64,000 bases of DNA. Source: an uncultured virus (IMG/VR IMGVR_UViG_3300020577_006910). Taxonomy: Duplodnaviria; Heunggongvirae; Uroviricota; Caudoviricetes. Of the stretch, positions 59,181 through 64,000 are shown in pieces. The notes under the pieces were generated by a model. It worked only from the letters and a program-made list of their open reading frames with translations, had not been told where the DNA came from and did no database searches. Each line of letters starts with the position of its first letter. The stretch's first letter is position 1. The stretch is taken from the IMG/VR virus record IMGVR_UViG_3300020577_006910; one strand, written 5' to 3'. A program made the translations under genes and the position numbers.

Positions 59181-59500
59181 AGCGCACCTCGGAATACACG
59201 ACGCAGGTTAAAAACTTTTTGTTTGGAATCGGAATACACGACGCAGGTTAAAAACTTTTTGTTTGGAATCGTGATGTCCATATACACCGCGCACTCAAAA
59301 ACTTGAACGTAAAAATCTACGAACATATAAACACAAGAATATTCAGTACGAAAACCAATCGGCAAATTAGTGCAATTAATATGAATGTCATCACTTATGC
59401 ACGAAGACATGTACATTAATGACAAATAAATAAACGAATTTGCGCGTAAAATGCTGTCTAGTTTAGGGTTAAGTTTAAATCTGCTAAAGCTGTACAGCAT
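59177..59500 (-). CDS. YxF-array ORF (MLYSF), C-terminus altered by 40-bp duplication
   Basis: Internal ATG at 59500 lies just after the upstream stop. Confidence 0.55.
   Translation of the reverse strand: MLYSFSRFKLNPKLDSILRANSFIYLSLMYMSSCISDDIHINCTNLPIGFRTEYSCVYMFVDFYVQVFECAVYMDITIPNKKFLTCVVYSDSKQKVFNLRRVFRGAL
59191..59270. repeat. exact 40-bp tandem duplication
   Basis: GGAATACACGACGCAGGTTAAAAACTTTTTGTTTGGAATC x2. Confidence 0.97.
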
Positions 59501-59502
59501 AG

Positions 59503-59928
59503 TTAACACACAGGATACTGTAATAGCGGTGGACATTCTACGCTACCAATATTTATGGGCATAGTTGATTTATCAAGAGGTAAACTTACCCAACTGTACG
59601 CCGTAATATCTATAACAAGTTTGTGTGCGTATGGTGTATACGTAAACTTATATTTTGTGTTATTGCGTAACCTAAACACGATAAACTCAACACGATCTCT
59701 ACCGTAAGTTGCCTGTAACATAAAAGCAACGCTTATTACCACAAAGTAATCAGCACGTTTTCCAGTTTTTTTCTGTAAATATTTTAACGTATACCAAGCT
59801 ACACAATAAGGATTATAGACGTTCACTTGACGTAAAGGGAACAGCTTATCAGCAGTTGTTGTTTTTAAAACACTAAACGATCTGTAGTTAAATAAATAGC
59901 GCACTTTTGAATTGTTAGCTATCAGCAT
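59503..59928 (-). CDS. YxF-array ORF (MLIANNSKVRYLF)
   Basis: ORF track; overlaps upstream stop. Confidence 0.6.
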   Translation of the reverse strand: MLIANNSKVRYLFNYRSFSVLKTTTADKLFPLRQVNVYNPYCVAWYTLKYLQKKTGKRADYFVVISVAFMLQATYGRDRVEFIVFRLRNNTKYKFTYTPYAHKLVIDITAYSWVSLPLDKSTMPINIGSVECPPLLQYPVC

Positions 59929-60226
59929 CGGTTTTAATTAAAACGTTTTTCTGAGGTTTTAAATACCAGCTAGATAACAACATAAGACCGTAAAGTTGTG
60001 GTTTTGTATACGTGCAGCTGTAACATTTATTATCGACAGCTTTGATTGTAAATATACAAAAATTAAATAACATATAAATTGCAGGGCAATTAGTATAAAC
60101 GTTTATAGCCAATTTGCTTAAATCACGTTTATTAAAAACTTTTTGTGATAATGCATATAATGAAGATGAAAAATTTACAACATCAACAGGCGAGTAATAA
60201 GTAAATCCAAAAGCGTATCGGACTAT
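59915..60226 (-). CDS. YxF-array ORF, inferred ATA start (xVRYAF)
   Basis: AGGAG-7 nt-ATA in frame with 59915..60112. Confidence 0.5.
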   Translation of the reverse strand: MVRYAFGFTYYSPVDVVNFSSSLYALSQKVFNKRDLSKLAINVYTNCPAIYMLFNFCIFTIKAVDNKCYSCTYTKPQLYGLMLLSSWYLKPQKNVLIKTDADS

Positions 60227-60270
60227 ACTGTGACTCCTGTTCCTTAGTAAACACAGCTACTACAAGCAAA

Positions 60271-60633
60271 CTAACAAAAGTCCGGCAAAAAATAATGACT
60301 AAACCTATAAGAAGCAACACCTACGATAGATATAAACCCGGTTACGTTATCAAGATCAATACAAAAAGACCACGTGTTTTTTCCTATTTTTAAATTATCT
60401 AAAGGCGTGTGTGGAGTTTTTAGCGGCAAGCTTTTATATATGTACATACGCGAATTAAGTAGACTGATGTTAATAGCCGTATAATGCCTATTACAAGTCC
60501 ACCCAATAAAAGGCGGTCTTACTTTAGGGTTTACATTAAACATGCGAAGCCAGCGTATATTACCTATTGAGACCGCACAATTTGGATCTTCAAGCTCTTT
60601 AAACACATAACTAGATCTTTTGATGAGTTGCAT
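60271..60633 (-). CDS. YxF-array ORF (MQLIKRSSYVF)
   Basis: ATG 1 nt after the upstream TAA. Confidence 0.6.
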   Translation of the reverse strand: MQLIKRSSYVFKELEDPNCAVSIGNIRWLRMFNVNPKVRPPFIGWTCNRHYTAINISLLNSRMYIYKSLPLKTPHTPLDNLKIGKNTWSFCIDLDNVTGFISIVGVASYRFSHYFLPDFC

Positions 60634-60634
60634 G

Positions 60635-60919
60635 TTATGTGATCCGTAAACTGGTTGACATTGCATTGAAGGCATGAACTGATGTTACTATATTCAAAGA
60701 GCTGTAGTCTAGATTGTAGTTGTTACCGGGGTAAGTGTATACATACAAATAAAAATACAAACAATGACAATGCCAAGCGGTGTAGTTAGCCCCGCCATGC
60801 CCATTAATAACACAATTGTTTGTCCAGCGTACGTAACATTTTATCAAAGGTAGAGAATTGGTGTTATTAAAATAAATGTAATGAGGGCTAAACCCATAAT
60901 AGCTTTTATTAGCTAGCAT
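60635..60919 (-). CDS. YxF-array ORF (MLANKSYYGF)
   Basis: ORF track; overlaps upstream stop. Confidence 0.55.
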   Translation of the reverse strand: MLANKSYYGFSPHYIYFNNTNSLPLIKCYVRWTNNCVINGHGGANYTAWHCHCLYFYLYVYTYPGNNYNLDYSSLNIVTSVHAFNAMSTSLRIT

Positions 60920-61095
60920 AGGCGATATTGATATCGATGATTATACATACGCATACGATCTAGAATGACATCAAGATAGTAATATATTAACCATAAAGGT
61001 TCCCACCTATACCATATATAGCTATACGCTACAGGATCTTTAATAAATGCATGACTAAGACTAAAACAATATTTAGGAAAACTGGAGGTTGTCAT
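60913..61095 (-). CDS. YxF-array ORF (MTTSSFPKYCF)
   Basis: ORF track. Confidence 0.5.
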   Translation of the reverse strand: MTTSSFPKYCFSLSHAFIKDPVAYSYIWYRWEPLWLIYYYLDVILDRMRMYNHRYQYRLC

Positions 61096-61126
61096 TCAAT
61101 GGGCAGCCAAACGTAGCTACTGAACT

Positions 61127-61456
61127 CTAGTCAAGAAACAATCTATTATTGCGGTTTGTTGAAAACTTAATGAAAGTTACAGACTCTCTGTAAGAAATTT
61201 TAACGTAATAACTTTCAAGCGTACATAAGTTTAAAGTCATACACCAATCTGGAAAAGTTGGAGGACTACTGTGATTTACAATATACGAACTACCTATATG
61301 AATCATTAAAGAACTGGGACTATACCAATGGTAAATTCCGTCATACGTTAACCAATCAAAATAAGCACAAAGTAAAAGAAAACAACTTTTTTTAATAGAA
61401 GAGTCGGTGTTGATATATCGTTCTTTATAGGGGAGTGCAAAACAATAGTTAAACAA
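61127..61456 (-). CDS. YxF-array ORF (TTG start, MFNYCF)
   Basis: AAGGA SD. Confidence 0.55.
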   Translation of the reverse strand: MFNYCFALPYKERYINTDSSIKKSCFLLLCAYFDWLTYDGIYHWYSPSSLMIHIGSSYIVNHSSPPTFPDWCMTLNLCTLESYYVKISYRESVTFIKFSTNRNNRLFLD

Positions 61457-61484
61457 GGCATCCTTTCAAACGACTGAAGTTAAC

Positions 61485-61709
61485 TTACATAAAAAACATT
61501 TCTATATTAAAAACAAAATTTGGCATTAATACATAAAAATGTATAAATTCCGCAAAAACTATTATCCACACACCTGTGTAGGCACGACTACTGTTAACGG
61601 TTACAGCAGGAGCATCCCATAGTTTTTTACACGCAAAATTAGCCACTATAACACGATAGTTATATTTACTGTACTCGTTAATCATTGAATTAAAGGTATA
61701 GTTACGCAT
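61485..61709 (-). CDS. YxF-array ORF (MRNYTF)
   Basis: ORF track; overlaps upstream stop. Confidence 0.55.
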   Translation of the reverse strand: MRNYTFNSMINEYSKYNYRVIVANFACKKLWDAPAVTVNSSRAYTGVWIIVFAEFIHFYVLMPNFVFNIEMFFM

Positions 61710-61923
61710 TAGCTATTATGTACAGATGTATATCTGTGTCATAATTAAACTTAGCTAAAAAGCCTAACACAACAGGACTGTTAGACGCATAAACGGTATC
61801 ACCATAAAATTTAGCGTAATTTAAACGTTGTAACACATATAAAAAATGTAACGTAGCATCTAGTCTATTTATATGCGTAAGTACAGATGTAATGCGGTGG
61901 TTAAACAAATAGTTATTCAACAA
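61702..61923 (-). CDS. YxF-array ORF (TTG start, MLNNYLF)
   Basis: GGGAG SD. Confidence 0.55.
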   Translation of the reverse strand: MLNNYLFNHRITSVLTHINRLDATLHFLYVLQRLNYAKFYGDTVYASNSPVVLGFLAKFNYDTDIHLYIIANA

Positions 61924-61938
61924 CAGCTCCCTTGTGCT

Positions 61939-62157
61939 TTACGTAGAAAACCACCAAACATCTGGTTCGTGCGAGCTTGGTTTAAACACAACTAACTTAT
62001 AAACAGATACATAAGGATTAGCAAAAACACGTACATAATTATAGGTAGAAAATCGCGTCAAGTATAGCAACACATTAAACGGATTGTAGTAAGTATAAGC
62101 AAGATTTGCACCTGAAAGAATACGTGTGTACTTTTTGCTAAATTTGTAGGTCGGCAT
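61939..62157 (-). CDS. YxF-array ORF (MPTYKF)
   Basis: ORF track. Confidence 0.55.
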   Translation of the reverse strand: MPTYKFSKKYTRILSGANLAYTYYNPFNVLLYLTRFSTYNYVRVFANPYVSVYKLVVFKPSSHEPDVWWFST

Positions 62158-62165
62158 ACAAAGAG

Positions 62166-62471
62166 TTAGGTAAACAGATCAACGTAATTATTATGATTAA
62201 AACTAGTCATATAAGCTTCCACAGTCCAAAAACTAAAAAAAGGTGACTTAGAGATGTAAGTCCGATCACAGAAAAACCTACCTGTAAATAAGATGCCTGC
62301 GTTACGTACAGTTAAAAATACACAACACCGAAAGTCACAATAAGTCATAATTAAATAAAATGTAGGTGTGTACCACTCAATAGGATAGGTACGCCAAAAA
62401 TCAAAATAATGAAAAGCTCCGAGCTTAGACTTAAATCTGTAATGATTACCGGGAACAGTTTTGACAGACAT
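62166..62471 (-). CDS. YxF-array ORF (MSVKTVPGNHYRF)
   Basis: GAGGA SD. Confidence 0.6.
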   Translation of the reverse strand: MSVKTVPGNHYRFKSKLGAFHYFDFWRTYPIEWYTPTFYLIMTYCDFRCCVFLTVRNAGILFTGRFFCDRTYISKSPFFSFWTVEAYMTSFNHNNYVDLFT

Positions 62472-62503
62472 GTGTCCTCAGGATGGCCACGTTTAACCAA
62501 GCA

Positions 62504-62800
62504 CTAAAAGTATGGATAATGCAAAGATCCACAGTCTAACACATAATCCACGCGACCTGTCACACAATTTAGTACAGCTAAACGCCAGTTATACAATGCG
62601 CTATAGACATTACGGTTAATTTCTATGTAGATCTTCGAATACTCTGAATGAGTAGTTATATTACTGTTATAAAAATCTACCTGTCTGCTGTGCCGTCCTG
62701 TATAACTTAAACAAAAAGCACATTGATTAAAAACAGCTGTATCTTCATATATCGGGGTATATTTTTTATATAAAGGTATAAATGTGTAGATCCGTTTAAT
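62504..62800 (-). CDS. YxF-array ORF missed by the ORF track, inferred ATT start (xKRIYTF, 98 aa)
   Basis: AAGGA-8 nt-ATT, 98 open codons to TAG; no ATG in frame. Confidence 0.55.
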   Translation of the reverse strand: MKRIYTFIPLYKKYTPIYEDTAVFNQCAFCLSYTGRHSRQVDFYNSNITTHSEYSKIYIEINRNVYSALYNWRLAVLNCVTGRVDYVLDCGSLHYPYF

Positions 62801-62857
62801 GGATAACGTCCTTTTTTACATAAAAGTTAAGCATAAGAATCAAAATAGACGCCATGC

Positions 62858-62938
62858 TTAGACCTCGCTAAAGGCAACACGTAAAAACGCCCAAACATTA
62901 ACTTGATAAGAGTACTTAAACTCATAGCTATACCTGAT
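62858..62938 (-). pseudogene. short/truncated YxF-array ORF, inferred ATC start (xRYSYEF, 26 aa)
   Basis: AAGGAG-7 nt-ATC; early TAA. Confidence 0.35.
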
Positions 62939-62998
62939 AGCTAAACTCCTTTGCTGTTAGCTGTTTGCACTAAACGTGAACAATTAACACAAAGTTAT

Positions 62999-63331
62999 TT
63001 AATTAAAATCAATGCAAACACTATGACTAAAAATAATTGTAATAAAGTTTGAATGTTTACTAGCGCGGCTAGAATTAGCACTGGTGCGGCTAATGTCAGT
63101 AATTGATATAGTTACGTAACTTAAAAAATACGGATCTGTGGCGTAAACGTAGTAACAGTGACTTGTGTACGAATAACAAGTTGAATGACTTCTTTTAACA
63201 TAAGTACAAACAGTGTACAAACCAATTAAACGATAGACATAAACTGAATTAAAAATTTTTGGTAAATGCAGTATTGAGTTAACGGGAGTAAAATTAATTA
63301 AATTATTAGAATCAAAATTATACAAAATCAT
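62999..63331 (-). CDS. YxF-array ORF (MILYNF)
   Basis: Internal ATG at 63331 overlaps the end of the upstream ORF. Confidence 0.55.
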   Translation of the reverse strand: MILYNFDSNNLINFTPVNSILHLPKIFNSVYVYRLIGLYTVCTYVKRSHSTCYSYTSHCYYVYATDPYFLSYVTISITDISRTSANSSRASKHSNFITIIFSHSVCIDFN

Positions 63332-63614
63332 GAATCTCGTAATACGAATCTGCGTAATGTGGTTTAAAAATACCATCAGCCGTTTGATTAAAATATTGTC
63401 GGCATGTTAACGTAGCTAACCTATAAGGCTCGTGGTCTAAAAAAAATAATGGAAAACATACAAAGCTCACAAATGACATAGCCTCACTATTCCGCTGATA
63501 GCACAAACAGTACTGATCAGTGTGCGACATAAAACGCCCTCCGGGAAGTGAACAATAGTTAGCTATAAAACAACTAGAATTACCTCTAAAAACATAAGCT
63601 TTGTTAACGCGAAT
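63318..63614 (-). CDS. YxF-array ORF, inferred ATT start (xRVNKAYVF)
   Basis: TAAGGAG-7 nt-ATT in frame with 63318..63530. Confidence 0.55.
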   Translation of the reverse strand: MRVNKAYVFRGNSSCFIANYCSLPGGRFMSHTDQYCLCYQRNSEAMSFVSFVCFPLFFLDHEPYRLATLTCRQYFNQTADGIFKPHYADSYYEIHDFV

Positions 63615-63643
63615 GACGCTTCTCCTTAGCGGGCGTTGTTTAA

Positions 63644-64000
63644 TTAGTTAAAATAGTTACAAAAGTGTTTGCTGCAACGAAGCTTAAATACGTACTCACT
63701 ATAAGGGACGTTAACCGAGCAATATCTACGTTCATTCATGTCTGAAGGCGTACGCGTAACCCAAGTCAAATTAGGTAAAGAACAAAACCTAAAAAAGTTT
63801 ACATTTACATAAAAAAAATATTCAGCCTTACACGAACGATCATCGTGTGTAAACATAGAATAATTTACACGTACGTACAACCGTGAGAAAGCAGATATTT
63901 CAAATCCATAAGATAGACAATAAAGACTAGCTAAAGAATAAGCGCAAAATTGTTTATCTAACGCAGTAACTGATTTAACTGCAGAATACTCATGCACACG
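63644..64000 (-). CDS. array-type ORF, start probably outside the window
   Basis: Same Y/F/C-rich composition; frame open to the window edge. Confidence 0.5.
   Translation of the reverse strand, partial: RVHEYSAVKSVTALDKQFCAYSLASLYCLSYGFEISAFSRLYVRVNYSMFTHDDRSCKAEYFFYVNVNFFRFCSLPNLTWVTRTPSDMNERRYCSVNVPYSEYVFKLRCSKHFCNYFN

Larger units (their letters stand above)
57492..64000 (-). other. tandem array of at least 21 short divergent ORFs sharing an N-terminal YxF motif
   Basis: See individual CDS entries and findings. Confidence 0.8.

Noticed and set aside
59191..59270. CRISPR array
   Set aside because: Two directly adjacent copies with no spacer; no cas genes.
57492..64000. Small ORFs as fragments of longer genes under an alternative genetic code
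   Set aside because: They end in TAA, TAG and TGA, consecutive ORFs mostly change frame, and each has its own SD or coupling and N-terminal motif.
57492..64000. Integron cassette array
   Set aside because: ORFs overlap or abut, leaving no room for attC sites; no integrase in the window; GTTRRRY-like matches are sporadic.
57492..64000. DGR-diversified targets (Y/F/C/N-rich composition)
   Set aside because: No reverse transcriptase and no template/variable repeat pair differing at adenines seen in this window; cannot be excluded for the rest of the genome.
57492..64000. YxF as the OMP beta-signal / DegS-activating motif
   Set aside because: That motif must be at the extreme C-terminus; here it is N-terminal.

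Overview
This window looks like part of a large, AT-rich dsDNA bacteriophage genome. Genes are densely packed and all but one lie on the minus strand. Left end (0-6 kb): an RNA/translation module with an atypical tmRNA (all four pseudoknots, but A3-U70 instead of G3.U70, U73 and a 5-codon tag), a Ro60/TROVE protein followed by ~400 nt of stacked hairpins, and tRNA-Gln abutting an HNH gene. Middle: nucleotide metabolism (intein-split class II RNR, Dcd, dNMP kinase, NDT-like, ThyX), RuvC-like resolvase, helicases, and probable virion proteins; three proteins in this part carry a hyaluronidase(GH56)-like motif series. 40-57 kb: replication/recombination core (RecA-like, UDG-domain family A DNA polymerase split by a group I intron carrying an HNH gene, primase, DnaB-like helicase, SF2 helicase, SbcCD). 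Right end (57.5-64 kb) holds the most unusual signal. It is an array of at least 21 short, mutually dissimilar, aromatic-rich ORFs. All 20 whose start is visible carry Tyr-x-Phe within the first ~13 residues, and five appear to start at ATT/ATC/ATA/GTA behind Shine-Dalgarno sites. All calls come from reading motifs by eye; no database searches were run.
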